Counted from the first letter of the stretch, positions 1 to 9,884 are shown. The stretch is 64,000 nt of DNA from an uncultured Comamonadaceae bacterium (GCA_963992225.1 CAXDTK010000001.1:38164-102163), one strand, 5' to 3'. Notes: generated by a model not told the origin, from the sequence alone. Made by a program: numbers and translations.

Positions 1-778
1 TGGCGTGGTTTTTCGCGCCCATCATGCACTGCACACGCTTGCCGGCCAGGCTGGCGCGCTCGTAGACGTGCGTGCCCACACGGGTGGAGCCGACGAAGGA
101 GATCGCTTTCACGTCCGGGTGGTCGCACAGCGCGTTGACGACGTGCTCGCCACCGTGCACCACGTTCAGTACGCCGGGCGGGACGCCGGCTTCCAGCGCC
201 AGTTCCACAAGGCGCATCGTCACCAGCGGGTCCTGCTCCGAGGGCTTGAGCACGAAGGTGTTGCCGGTGGCGATGGCCATCGGAAACATCCACAGCGGGA
301 TCATGGCTGGAAAGTTGAATGGTGTGATGCCGGCGCACACACCCAGGGGCTGCAGCAGCGTGTAGGTGTCTACCCCGCCGGCCACGTTGTGGGCGCGCTC
401 GCCCATCTGCAAGCTGCCGATGTTGGCGGCGTGCTCCACCACTTCGAGGCCGCGGAACACGTCGCCCTCGGCATCAGCCAGCGTCTTGCCCTGCTCGGCG
501 GTCAGCGTTGCGGCGAGGGATTTGATGTTGTCGCGGATGAGTTGCTGCAGCTTCAGGAAGATGCGCGCGCGCTGGCCGATGGGCGTCTTACGCCAGGTCT
601 TGAAAGCGGCCTGGGCCGACGCGATGGCCGCTGCGACCTCATCGGCCGTGGCCATGGGCACGCGCGCCAGGCGTTCCTGGGTGGCCGGGTTGACCACCTC
701 GCGCCATTCGGTGCTCTTGGATTGCACGAATTCGCCGTTGATTAGCAACGGAACATGGGGCAGGTTATCGCGGCTCAT
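1..778 (-). CDS. mmsA: CoA-acylating methylmalonate-semialdehyde dehydrogenase (runs off the left edge)
   Basis: Hand translation of minus strand from ATG at 778: MSRDNLPHVPLLINGEFVQS...GITPFNFPAMIPLWMFPMAIATGNTFVLKPSEQDP...ISFVGST...VQCMMGAKNH, the MMSDH-type ALDH signatures. Confidence 0.9.
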   Translation of the reverse strand, partial: MSRDNLPHVPLLINGEFVQSKSTEWREVVNPATQERLARVPMATADEVAAAIASAQAAFKTWRKTPIGQRARIFLKLQQLIRDNIKSLAATLTAEQGKTLADAEGDVFRGLEVVEHAANIGSLQMGERAHNVAGGVDTYTLLQPLGVCAGITPFNFPAMIPLWMFPMAIATGNTFVLKPSEQDPLVTMRLVELALEAGVPPGVLNVVHGGEHVVNALCDHPDVKAISFVGSTRVGTHVYERASLAGKRVQCMMGAKNHA

Positions 779-845
779 GAAGTCTCCTAGACAGGTCAAT
801 TGATTTCACACAGAATCTATCCACACGCTTCACATCGATCAACAA

Positions 846-2381
846 GTGGTTGATGTGAAAAGGAAAAACTGCAAATCACTTCGCAATCAATCCGTGAAAG
901 CTGCGAACTTTGCAAAGTCGGATGCACCCGGCCGAAAGCTCTTCGTCGGCCCGCGCCTGCGCCGGCTGCGCGAACAACTGGGCTGGAACCAGAGCCAACT
1001 CGCGGCCCGGCTGGAGCTGTCGCTGAGCTACATCTCCCAGATCGAGACCAACCAACGACCCGTCACGGCCGGCGTGCTGCTCAAGCTGGCCGAGGTCTTC
1101 GGCGGCGACGTCGCGCAGTTCTCTGAGGAGCAGGACAAGCGGCTGCTCACCGAGCTGGATGCCGCGCTGAACGACCGCACGCTCGGCCACGACCCTCCTC
1201 ATGCCGCTCAGCTTGCCCGCCTCGTTGAGCAGGCGCCCGAACTGGCCGAGGCTTATGTGGCGCTGTACCAGCGCCATCAGCGCCTGCAGGATGAGCACGC
1301 CCAACTCATCGACCGCTTCTACGGCGAGCAGGGACAGGATCTCGGTACCGGCCAGCCTCCCGCGTGGACGGCGCCGCTGCCGCACGAAGAAGTGCGCGAC
1401 TTCTTCAACCGGCGCAACAACTACATTGACGGGTTGGATCGCTTGGCCGAAGCGCTCGCGCAGGATCTGGTGCTACAGCCAGCCGAGCGTGCCGCGTCGC
1501 TACGCGAGGCCCTGCTGCAACGCTGCGGCGTGACCGTCGAGCCGCTAACTGACCCAGGCGACGCTGGCCTGCTGCGTCACTACGATGCCCGCCGCCGACG
1601 CCTAAGCCTGCCGTCGCATCTGACTGATGCACAACAAGCCTTCCAGATGGCCACGCAGTACGCGCTGCTGGCTGCGGCCGACGCCTTCGCCGCCGAAGTT
1701 CGCGAAGCTGGCTTCTCCGATGATGCAACGCGCGCGCTGGCCCGCCAGGGCCTGGCCCACTACTTCGCTGGTGCGGTGCTGCTGCCCTACGGGGCCTTCC
1801 TCGACGCCGCGCGCGGCTGCCGCTATGACGTGGAGTTGCTGCAGCAGCGCTTCCACGTCAGCTTCGAGACCATCTGCCACCGACTGTCCACGCTGCAGCG
1901 CAATGGGGCTCGCGGCGTACCGTTCTACTTCGTGCGAGTCGACCAGGCGGGCAATATCTCCAAGCGCCAGAGTGCCACGAGCTTCCATTTCGCCCGCCAC
2001 GGTGGCGCCTGCCCGCTGTGGAACGTACATGAGGCCTTCGCCCAGCCCGGCCGCATCCTGACCCAGATCGCCGAGATGCCCGATGGCAGCCGCTTCTTCG
2101 GCATCGCCCGCACCATCGAGCGGCACGGCAGCGGTGGCTTTCGGGCTCAGCGCAAGCTCTTTGCCATTGGCCTGGGCTGCGATCTCGCGCATGCGCGTGA
2201 GCTTGTCTATGCGGACGGACTGGACTTCGGCCGCTCAGCACAGGCTGTACTCATTGGGCCCGGTTGTCGCGTGTGTCCGCGGGAGCACTGCGTACAGCGA
2301 GCGTTCCCTCCGGCGGGCAAGCTGCTGGTAGCAGACAGCGACAGGGAGTCGCTGGTGTCGTACAGGTTCAGTCCTGGCTAA
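846..2381 (+). CDS. XRE-family short-chain acyl-CoA regulator (RamB/PrpR type); true start probably downstream, e.g. GTG 894
   Basis: N-terminal XRE HTH (GPRLRRLREQLGWNQSQLA...SYISQIE), conserved RVDQAGNISKRQSA and GGACPLW, C-terminal IGPGCRVCPREHCVQRAFP Cys cluster. Confidence 0.9.
   Translation: MVDVKRKNCKSLRNQSVKAANFAKSDAPGRKLFVGPRLRRLREQLGWNQSQLAARLELSLSYISQIETNQRPVTAGVLLKLAEVFGGDVAQFSEEQDKRLLTELDAALNDRTLGHDPPHAAQLARLVEQAPELAEAYVALYQRHQRLQDEHAQLIDRFYGEQGQDLGTGQPPAWTAPLPHEEVRDFFNRRNNYIDGLDRLAEALAQDLVLQPAERAASLREALLQRCGVTVEPLTDPGDAGLLRHYDARRRRLSLPSHLTDAQQAFQMATQYALLAAADAFAAEVREAGFSDDATRALARQGLAHYFAGAVLLPYGAFLDAARGCRYDVELLQQRFHVSFETICHRLSTLQRNGARGVPFYFVRVDQAGNISKRQSATSFHFARHGGACPLWNVHEAFAQPGRILTQIAEMPDGSRFFGIARTIERHGSGGFRAQRKLFAIGLGCDLAHARELVYADGLDFGRSAQAVLIGPGCRVCPREHCVQRAFPPAGKLLVADSDRESLVSYRFSPG
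905..918. promoter_or_regulatory. RamB/PrpR-type operator, 12-bp palindrome ACTTTGCAAAGT (907-918)
   Basis: Perfect palindrome containing TTTGCAAA; GAACTTTGCAAA matches the known RamB box; sits at the 5' end of the cognate regulator, divergent from mmsA. Confidence 0.65.
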
Positions 2382-2652
2382 CGACATGACAGAGCATTTG
2401 GCCGAAGCAGCATGGCGTGCGACTGTCAGAAATCGTATGCGGCCTGTCGGGATTGGTGTGGTGTAGCACTAGCCTCTTGTCTCCTCAGTGCCCGCAGGTT
2501 GATTCGGCCGCCAGCATTCGGGTTCAGTGCTGCTGGCCAGCGCGCGCGTCCGTCGCACTGGCACTGGGGCGCACGCCTGGCAACCGGCGCCACCCTCCCA
2601 GCGCGCTGCGCGTGTTGGACGTGTATGGCCTGATAGATGGGAGAAAACAAAT

Positions 2653-3567
2653 ATGAACATGCGTCATATCGAGGCGTTCATCGCGGTGGCCGGTGAACTG
2701 CACTTCGGCCGGGCCGCGAAGCGCCTGCACATCGAGCAGTCGCCACTATCGCGCCGGATCGGTCGCCTGGAAGCCGACCTTGGCGTGACCTTGCTCCACC
2801 GCAACGGACGCGGCGTGCGTCTGACCACAGCCGGGCAGGTATTCCTGGAAGATGCCCGGCGTGTGATGCTGGCCTGCGAGCAGGCGCAGGCCCGCGCGCG
2901 GGCCGTCGCGGCGGGCTATCACGGCACGCTGCGCATCGGGCTGGCGGGCGACATCGGGCGCACGCGTCTGGCGGCGCTGCTTGCGCTGTGCCGCCAGGAG
3001 GCGCCGGAGGTCTGCATCCGGCTGTCCGAAGTGCCGTTGGCGCAACTCCTGGACGGGCTCGCTGCGAGCTTCTTCGACGCCGGCCTTGCGTCGGTCGGAC
3101 ACGTGGAAGGCGAGATCGTGGCGGTGCCGCTGTGGCGCGACCCGTTCCTGGTGGCCTTGCCGGCGCGGCACCCACTGCTGGCATACAAGGAAGTTCCGCT
3201 GCAGGAAGTGGTGAAGTATTCGCTGGTGCTGTGCGACCCGCAGGTGTGCGACGGTTGCCACGAGCAGCGGGAACATCTGTTCCGCTCCGCAGGCGTGCGG
3301 CCGACGATCACCGAGTGCGTCAGCACCCATTCGCTGATGCTGGCCCTGGTGGCCGCGGGCTATGGCGTGGGCTTTTCCAGCGCGGCGCATCTCGAAGGCT
3401 GCACGCAAGCCGATGTGGTGGCACGACCGCTTGCAGAACGGGACGCCTCGTTGACGACGCATCTGCTGCGGCCGCATGGCGTCATACCGGAACCCTTGCG
3501 TCAATTCATCGACCGCGCGGAACGGGTTGCTGGCACACAAGATGCTGGCGATCAACGTCCGGTATGA
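2653..3567 (+). CDS. LysR-family regulator, TciR-like
   Basis: MRHIEAFIAVAGELHFGRAAKRLHIEQSPLSRRI HTH; LLALCRQEAPEV and LVLCDPQVC segments typical of ICE-borne LysR; directly upstream of the bisR-like gene. Confidence 0.85.
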   Translation: MNMRHIEAFIAVAGELHFGRAAKRLHIEQSPLSRRIGRLEADLGVTLLHRNGRGVRLTTAGQVFLEDARRVMLACEQAQARARAVAAGYHGTLRIGLAGDIGRTRLAALLALCRQEAPEVCIRLSEVPLAQLLDGLAASFFDAGLASVGHVEGEIVAVPLWRDPFLVALPARHPLLAYKEVPLQEVVKYSLVLCDPQVCDGCHEQREHLFRSAGVRPTITECVSTHSLMLALVAAGYGVGFSSAAHLEGCTQADVVARPLAERDASLTTHLLRPHGVIPEPLRQFIDRAERVAGTQDAGDQRPV

Positions 3568-4095
3568 CATAGGGGCTTTAGATCGGATGATGCAATTTCG
3601 GTCTGACGCGAGACCCGACCTGCATCGTTATCCGACACTCATGCGTCACTGCGGTAGACGGCTAAGGACTAGGGCGATCCGCATGGCACCAGAGGCTGAT
3701 GCCTGTGAACTGGCGAGGTCAGCGCGCTGACGCAGAACGCATGAGCTTTGCATGGATGCAAACCAGCTCATCCGGCAGACGCATTGACGCTTTACCTTCC
3801 CCCATTTCCTACGAAAGATTTGCCCTGGTTTTCCGGTTGAGCGCGGCACCGTCGATGGACGCGCGACATTTCAAATCGTTGCGCCGGTAACAAGATTTTT
3901 CGCAGGCGCATTATGGTGGGGCGTATCGGGCATCGCAAGAAGTGTTTGCCCCTTGTGCGACGCTCGGCTTCAGCGCCGAACCCAACGCTCACCATGTGCC
4001 GGCCGGCCCGCGCTCGATCGGGTTCAGGGCAATCGCCGCGCCCACGTGGGCCGTGCGCGCTTGCCAGTTGTCGATCCGACGATGGGAAGAGCGCG

Positions 4096-4854
4096 ATGAC
4101 GAAATCGAGTAGCCTTGCCTTTGGTGCTAAGACCTACTACCGCCCGATGGAAGCGGCGATCCGCTGGTGCGGGCTGCTGCGATTCGAGCAACGCATTCTG
4201 CAAACGCTGAGGCAGCGCGCGATGCCGGAGCCCGGCGAGTTTCCGCGCTGGCCACTGCTGCGCCTATATGCCGACCGCATCTTCGACGCGCTGACGCATG
4301 GCGAGCTGGCCGGCGGCAGGGACGGTATCGTAATGGACGGTCAACGGCCGGCGCTGGATGATCCGCAACTGACCGTGCGCCATGTGGACCTCAAAGCGTG
4401 GATGACCCACTACTACCCCGGCGAGCGGCCGGGGTTTTTGTTTGACGAGATTGAACGCGCGGTGCATCCGTTGGTGAGCGTGGACACGCTCAACATCCTG
4501 CTGGCCGACCGCGAAGCGGCGAAGGTGCAACTCGCCGAACTCTTGCAGGTGCACGAGGCGCTGCGCGCCGCGCATGAAGCCCTGGCGAAGGAGCAGGCGG
4601 CGCGCGGCGATGCCAACGGCACCTCGCGCGGGCCGGGACTGCGCAGCGAAACGACCTATCTCAACATCATCGGCGGGCTGCTGACGCTGCTGCTGGGCAA
4701 GTCGCCCTCGGGCGCGGCCTATTCGTCGTTCCACAGCCTGGATGCCGTGGTGAGCGCACTGCTTGCACACCACGAGGGCCGGCCGGGCCTGAGCGAACGC
4801 ACCTTGTGGAGCAAGCTCGCGCAGGCGCGCCGCCACCTCGAAGCGTCGCGCTGA
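4096..4854 (+). CDS. BisR-like ICE transcriptional activator
   Basis: KTYYRPMEAAIRW N-terminus, central coiled coil, C-terminal GLSERTLWSKLAQA helix; position immediately before alpA as in ICEclc. Confidence 0.65.
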   Translation: MTKSSSLAFGAKTYYRPMEAAIRWCGLLRFEQRILQTLRQRAMPEPGEFPRWPLLRLYADRIFDALTHGELAGGRDGIVMDGQRPALDDPQLTVRHVDLKAWMTHYYPGERPGFLFDEIERAVHPLVSVDTLNILLADREAAKVQLAELLQVHEALRAAHEALAKEQAARGDANGTSRGPGLRSETTYLNIIGGLLTLLLGKSPSGAAYSSFHSLDAVVSALLAHHEGRPGLSERTLWSKLAQARRHLEASR

Positions 4855-4873
4855 CCTGCGTCCTCGGGCCCGC

Positions 4874-4908
4874 TCTGCAATTGCAGTCGCGCCTTCTGCA
4901 ATTGCAGT
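4874..4908. promoter_or_regulatory. Tandem palindromes TCTGCAATTGCAGT (4874-4887, 4895-4908) in the alpA promoter
   Basis: Two identical 14-mers, each with perfect CTGCAATTGCAG palindrome, 21 bp apart. Confidence 0.7.
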
Positions 4909-4983
4909 GATTCCGACGGCGGCCGTCTATTCAATGCGAGGCACTTTCCGAACAGCGCCAGTGAGCGTCAAGGAGTGTCTCTC

Positions 4984-5202
4984 ATGTCTTCGCAGACCAC
5001 AGCAACGGCGGCGCCGGCCGAGCACCGCATCCTGCGCCGCGCCGAAGTCGAGGCCAAGACCGGCTTCAAGCGCGCCCACATCTACAGCCTCATGAAGGAA
5101 GGCAAGTTCCCCAAGGCGCTGCGCCTGGGCGTGCGCGCCGTGGGCTGGGACTCGGTGGAGATCGAGCAGTGGATCGCCGAACGCCTCAACGAGCGCGCCT
5201 GA
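4984..5202 (+). CDS. alpA: AlpA-family phage regulatory protein
   Basis: RILRRAEVEAKTGFKRAHIYSLMKEGKFPKALRLGVRAVGWDSVEIEQWI; AAGGAG RBS. Confidence 0.92.
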   Translation: MSSQTTATAAPAEHRILRRAEVEAKTGFKRAHIYSLMKEGKFPKALRLGVRAVGWDSVEIEQWIAERLNERA

Positions 5203-5241
5203 CGCTTCTTCCGGCACATGCCAATCAACCGGGAGAAGCCC

Positions 5242-6108
5242 ATGCAGGTGGTTTCGATCATTTCGACCAAGGGCGGCGTGGGCAAGACCACGACGGCGGC
5301 CAACCTGGGCGGCTTCGCGGCCGACTCCGGGCTGCGCGTGCTGCTGCTGGACCTGGACGTGCAGCCCACGCTGTCGAGCTACTTCACGCTGACCGAACGT
5401 GCGCCGGCCGGCATCTACGAGATGCTGGCCTACAACGAGCAGCGCGCCGAGCAACTGGTGTCGCACACCGCCATCGCCGGGCTGGACCTGGTGCTGTCGA
5501 ACGACGACCGCGGCGAATTGAACACGCTGCTGCTGCATGCGCCGGACGGCAGACTGCGACTGCGTCACCTGGTGCCCACGCTCGCGCCGCGCTACGACCT
5601 GCTGCTGATCGACACCCAGGGCGCGCGCAGCGTGTTGCTCGAAATGGCGGTACTGGCCTCGGATCTGGCACTGTCGCCGGTGACGCCGGAAATCCTCGCG
5701 GCACGCGAGCTGCGCCGCGGCACCTTGCAGCTCATCGAGGACATCGCGCCGTACCGGCACCTCGGCATTGAGCCACCGCCGCTGCATCTGCTCATCAACC
5801 GCGTGCATTCGGTGTCATCCAACGCGCGGCTGATCCAGCAGGCGCTGCGGCAGGTGTTCCAGGGACAGTCCGGCGTGCGTGTGCTCGACACCGACGTGCC
5901 GGCTATCGAGGCCTATCCGCGCGCTGCCACGCAGGGCCTGCCGGTGCATCGGGTGGAGTACCGCCAGCCGGCGGGCCGCTCCGCCCCCGCGGCGCTGGAC
6001 ACCATGCGCGCGCTGGCCGGCGAGCTGTTTCCGGCGTGGCATGAGCGCTTCGCGCTCGTCACCGGCCGAGGCAGCACAGGAGGCGTCGGCCGTGGCCAGC
6101 GAGCATGA
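5242..6108 (+). CDS. parA: ParA-family ATPase
   Basis: STKGGVGKTT deviant Walker A, LLDLDVQPTLS, LLIDTQG. Confidence 0.93.
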   Translation: MQVVSIISTKGGVGKTTTAANLGGFAADSGLRVLLLDLDVQPTLSSYFTLTERAPAGIYEMLAYNEQRAEQLVSHTAIAGLDLVLSNDDRGELNTLLLHAPDGRLRLRHLVPTLAPRYDLLLIDTQGARSVLLEMAVLASDLALSPVTPEILAARELRRGTLQLIEDIAPYRHLGIEPPPLHLLINRVHSVSSNARLIQQALRQVFQGQSGVRVLDTDVPAIEAYPRAATQGLPVHRVEYRQPAGRSAPAALDTMRALAGELFPAWHERFALVTGRGSTGGVGRGQRA

Positions 6109-6349
6109 ACTGGCCCGCGGCCACAAGCGGCTGCGAGTGCTGATCGAGTTTGCCCTGAGCGAAGGATGGAAGGTGGTGCGCACCCGTGGCGGGCACCTGT
6201 TGTTCACGAAGCCGGGCTGCGCGCCGATCTACACCAGCTCGATGGCGAGCGACCACCGCGCCGAGCGCAATGCCCGTGCGCAGCTTCGCCGCGCCGACCG
6301 CCAGGCGCAGGCTGCCGAGGCATCGCCGCAGGAGAACGGCCATGGCTGA
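6092..6349 (+). CDS. Shi-like small protein with HicA-like motif
   Basis: GTG start after AGGAGG; ALSEGWKVVRTRGGHLLFTKPG; lies between parA and parB as shi does in ICEclc. Confidence 0.65.
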   Translation: MASEHELARGHKRLRVLIEFALSEGWKVVRTRGGHLLFTKPGCAPIYTSSMASDHRAERNARAQLRRADRQAQAAEASPQENGHG

Positions 6350-8021
6350 CATGACGCCGGACGACATGGCCGCCAAGCTGCTGGCCTCGGGCTTCGAGCG
6401 CAGCGGCCCTTCTGCCGCGGCCCTGACCGACCCCATCGCCGACACGCCGATGGTCGTAACGCTGGACCAGTTACGCTCCTATGACCATGACCCGCGCGTG
6501 ACGCGCAACCCAGCCTACGAGGACATCAAGGCGTCGATCCGCGAGCGCGGGCTGGACGCGCCGCCTGCCATCACGCGCCGGCCCGGCGAGCCGCACTACA
6601 TCATCCGCAACGGCGGCAACACGCGCCTGGCTATCCTGCGCGAGCTGTGGAGCGAGACGAAGGACGAACGCTTCTTCCGCATCTCCTGCCTGTTCCGCCC
6701 TTGGCCGCAGCGCGGCGAGGTGGTGATGCTCACCGGCCACCTGGCCGAGAACGAGCTGCGCGGGGGCTTGAGTTTCATCGAGCGGGCCTTGGGCGTGGAG
6801 AAGGCACGCGAGTTCTACGAGCAGGAGATGGGGCGGGACAGCGGCCAGCCACTGTCGCAGAGCGAGCTGGCGCGGCGGCTCACGGCCGATGGCTTCCCGC
6901 TGCCGCAGTCGCACATCAGCCGCATGCAGGACGCGGTGCACTACCTGCTGCCGGCGATCCCGAACCTGTTGTACGGCGGGCTGGGGCGGCACCAGGTCGA
7001 GCGGCTCGCGGTGCTGCGCAAGGCCTGCGAGCGCACCTGGGAGCGGCGTGCGCTGGGCCGCAGCCTGTCGATGGACTTCGCCGCGCTGTTCCAGGACGTG
7101 CTCGCGCAGTTCGACACGCAGCCGGACGACTTCTCACCCCAGCGCGTGCAGGACGAGCTGGTAGGCCAGATGGCCGAGCTGCTGGAAGCGGACTACGACA
7201 CGCTGGCCCTGGAGATCGACGACACGGAGAGCCGGCAACGTGCGCTGACCAGCGATCCGGCGCCGCCAGCGGCAGCACGACCTGCGGCGCCGACCGCACC
7301 TGCCCCCGAGCTGCGGCAACCTTCATCGGCTTCGTCGCCGGCTGGTCCTTCAGTGCAGTCGTCGGAGCCTCGTGCGTCCGTGCCGGCAGGTACTGGCAAG
7401 GCAGCACTGGCCGTTGGCGCCGAAGGCACGCAGCAGAACGAGCAGCACGACGAGCGCCTGCAGGGCCACATCGTGTCGCCGGCGCCGACCACCGAACGCC
7501 TGCAATCCATCCAGCGCATGGTCGCCGACCAGATGGGCGACAAGCTGCCCGACTTCGAGGCTGACGCGTTGCGCGCGATTCCCGTCCAGGCGGGCGGGCT
7601 CTACCCCATCTCGGACGTCTGGTACATCGAGCCGGGCCTGGACGTACCGGATCGGCTGCGCGTGCACATCGCGCAGTTCGCGCGCGAGATCGCCGAGGAA
7701 GCCAGCGTGGCCGAACAGGTCGAGCCTAGCGACGCCGGCATCGGCTTCGCCTGCGTGACGCCGCCAGCTGCGCGCGCGATGCCGCCGTTTGCGCGGGCGG
7801 TGCTGACGCTGCTGCAGGCGCTGTGCGCCGCACGTGCCGCAGCCGGACTCGATCGCGCCCGGCTCGCCGATGATCTGGCGCCCTTGCTGTATGGCGGCGG
7901 CGCCTACCCTCGCCTGAGCGATGCCGGGCTGGTCAAACTGTTCCGGCTGCTGCGCCTGGCGCGTCGGCTTCTGGATCTGGAAGCCGGCGCGGGCGCCAGC
8001 GCTTCCGGCCACGGCGCCTGA
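6342..8021 (+). CDS. parB: PFGI-1-class ParB-family protein (BisD-like)
   Basis: HDPRVTRNPAYEDIKASIRERGLDAPP, NGGNTRL, HLAENELRG ParB-N motifs; HTH SQSELARRL. Confidence 0.88.
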   Translation: MADMTPDDMAAKLLASGFERSGPSAAALTDPIADTPMVVTLDQLRSYDHDPRVTRNPAYEDIKASIRERGLDAPPAITRRPGEPHYIIRNGGNTRLAILRELWSETKDERFFRISCLFRPWPQRGEVVMLTGHLAENELRGGLSFIERALGVEKAREFYEQEMGRDSGQPLSQSELARRLTADGFPLPQSHISRMQDAVHYLLPAIPNLLYGGLGRHQVERLAVLRKACERTWERRALGRSLSMDFAALFQDVLAQFDTQPDDFSPQRVQDELVGQMAELLEADYDTLALEIDDTESRQRALTSDPAPPAAARPAAPTAPAPELRQPSSASSPAGPSVQSSEPRASVPAGTGKAALAVGAEGTQQNEQHDERLQGHIVSPAPTTERLQSIQRMVADQMGDKLPDFEADALRAIPVQAGGLYPISDVWYIEPGLDVPDRLRVHIAQFAREIAEEASVAEQVEPSDAGIGFACVTPPAARAMPPFARAVLTLLQALCAARAAAGLDRARLADDLAPLLYGGGAYPRLSDAGLVKLFRLLRLARRLLDLEAGAGASASGHGA

Positions 8022-8034
8022 GCGGAGATCGGCC

Positions 8035-8595
8035 ATGTCGGCACCGCACCCGCTCAACCAGGCCGTAATCGCGCAGGCGCTGCACGACCTGCGCAACGGG
8101 CAACTACGACGCTGCAAAGCGATGGGCTTCGGCGAGGAAGAACTCGATGCGCTGAAGCATCCCGAACTCGTGAGCATGCTGGTCAACGCCACTGTCTCGT
8201 GGTGCTCGGTGTCGGTCAATCGCGAAGTGCTCAAGCGATTGCTGAGCCAGGTGCATGATGTGGAGCGCGAGATCGCGACGGTCGACCGCATGCTGCGCCT
8301 GGGAGCCAGCACGGAGATGGTCAGCCGCTTCTACGGCCTGACGCATCAGGAGGTGGCCCTGCGCCGCGACATCCTCGGCCTGCCCAAGCGCAAGGGGCGC
8401 CATCCGGTGCTGGACGAGGCGCAGGACACGGCGCTATGGAAGCAGTGGAAGGCTGGCGTCACGGAGCGCGGCATCGCGCTGGACGACGAGATGGCGATGC
8501 TGGCGCTGACCATGGACCTGGCCGAGACCCTGAGCCTGCCGATGTCGGTGATCTGGTCGGCGATACGCAACTGGATCGACCAGGGGCTGGTATAG
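8035..8595 (+). CDS. DUF2857 protein (BisC-like)
   Basis: MSAPHPLNQAVIAQALHDLRNGQLRRCKAMGF, LRLGAS-EM; follows parB. Confidence 0.8.
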   Translation: MSAPHPLNQAVIAQALHDLRNGQLRRCKAMGFGEEELDALKHPELVSMLVNATVSWCSVSVNREVLKRLLSQVHDVEREIATVDRMLRLGASTEMVSRFYGLTHQEVALRRDILGLPKRKGRHPVLDEAQDTALWKQWKAGVTERGIALDDEMAMLALTMDLAETLSLPMSVIWSAIRNWIDQGLV

Positions 8596-8598
8596 GCC

Positions 8599-9825
8599 AT
8601 GGCGACCGGCGGCGCACCCCGGCGCGATGGCCCTGTGGCGCTGTCGGCGCTGTTCGACGATGCGCTGCGGGAACTGGTGCCACCCGCACCGCCGGCTGCA
8701 CGCGGCAACGCCCCTACGTCGCCGGCCGCGCCGGTCAGCGACGGCTTTCTCTACAGCGGCAACCGGCATGAGAGCGTGCCGCGCGCGCTGTTCCTCGACC
8801 GGCGCCTGACGCCACTGGAGCGCAATGCCTGGCAGGTGTTCCGCCTGCAGCTCCAGAGCGACGGTGTGACGGCGTTCCCGACCTACGACCAGCTCCGGCC
8901 CTATCTCGCGTCGATGCCTTGTGCGGCGCAGGCCTCGCACGAGACCGTGGCTCGCGCCCTGACGCTGCTGCGGCTGACGCGCTGGCTGAGCCTGGTGCGA
9001 CGACGCCGCGACCCGAAGACCGGGCGCATCCTGGGAAATCTCTACGTGCTGCACGACGAACCGCTGACGCCCTTCGAGGCGATGCAGCTCGACCCCGACT
9101 ACCTCGGCCTGGTCAGCCAAGCGCTGACCCATGCCGCGAAGGCGGTGCAGATCGTCGGCGCGAACACCCTGCGCGAGATCGCCGAAGACCCGATGCTCAA
9201 TGGCCGCACGCTGCCCACGCGCTTGCAGGTGCTGGCACAGCGCATGGCACGCAACGAATGGGCCGATGCGAGTTGTCCACAAGAGCCTGTGGATCACGAT
9301 TCCGAAGAAGGCCAGGGCGGCCTACTTCGGAATCTCGATGGCCCGTCTTCGGATTCCGAAGCAGGGCCGAAGCCCGCGCCAGACGGCTCACTTCGGAATC
9401 CGAAGGAGGACCGTACTGTACGTATGGATCGTATAAATCAAGTACGTACAGTACCGCGCGCGAAAGCGCTGCAGCACTTGCGCCTGCCCGAGCGTCTGCT
9501 GCGATTGAAGGACGAGCAGCAGAGCGGCGCGCTCGTGGCTTTGCAGCAGGTGGACGAGCCCCTTCGGCAGGCGGTGCTGGACGAATGGGATGCGCGTTGC
9601 CGCAACAGCGCGGTGCGCAACCCGGCCGGCTATCTGTTCGGCATCATCCAGAAGGCGATCCGCGGGGAGTTCAAGGCCTGGGCAGGTGACAACGGCGCAG
9701 CGCCACAAGTCGCTCGAACACCTGCGCCGGCACACGCCACACCTGCTGCCGAGTCCCGTCCCGCCGATCCCGAGGTGGCGCGCGCCTACCTGGCACAGAT
9801 TCGATCCAACCTCCGCCGCCCTTGA
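8599..9825 (+). CDS. STY4528-family ICE replication/HTH protein
   Basis: GFLYSGNRHESVPRALFLDRRLTPLERNAW, FPTYDQLRPYL, RNPAGYLFGIIQKA. Confidence 0.82.
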   Translation: MATGGAPRRDGPVALSALFDDALRELVPPAPPAARGNAPTSPAAPVSDGFLYSGNRHESVPRALFLDRRLTPLERNAWQVFRLQLQSDGVTAFPTYDQLRPYLASMPCAAQASHETVARALTLLRLTRWLSLVRRRRDPKTGRILGNLYVLHDEPLTPFEAMQLDPDYLGLVSQALTHAAKAVQIVGANTLREIAEDPMLNGRTLPTRLQVLAQRMARNEWADASCPQEPVDHDSEEGQGGLLRNLDGPSSDSEAGPKPAPDGSLRNPKEDRTVRMDRINQVRTVPRAKALQHLRLPERLLRLKDEQQSGALVALQQVDEPLRQAVLDEWDARCRNSAVRNPAGYLFGIIQKAIRGEFKAWAGDNGAAPQVARTPAPAHATPAAESRPADPEVARAYLAQIRSNLRRP

Positions 9826-9834
9826 CCGTCTGGG

Positions 9835-9851
9835 CTATCCCCAGGGGATAG
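9835..9851. repeat. 17-bp palindrome CTATCCCCAGGGGATAG, copy 1
   Basis: 8-bp arms around a central A; identical copies at 11199 and 13158. Confidence 0.95.
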
Positions 9852-9884
9852 TTGGGACAGCCCCTCTTCCGCAAGTCCGTCCCG

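Noticed and set aside
5-745. 246-aa plus-strand ORF
   Set aside because: Antisense shadow of mmsA; the minus strand has the recognisable enzyme.
2382-2652. Possible att site or tRNA between the left regulator and LysR
   Set aside because: No tRNA cloverleaf or CCA end. Only a weak CCGA(A)GCAGCAT similarity to ~56328, too short and imperfect to call an att repeat.
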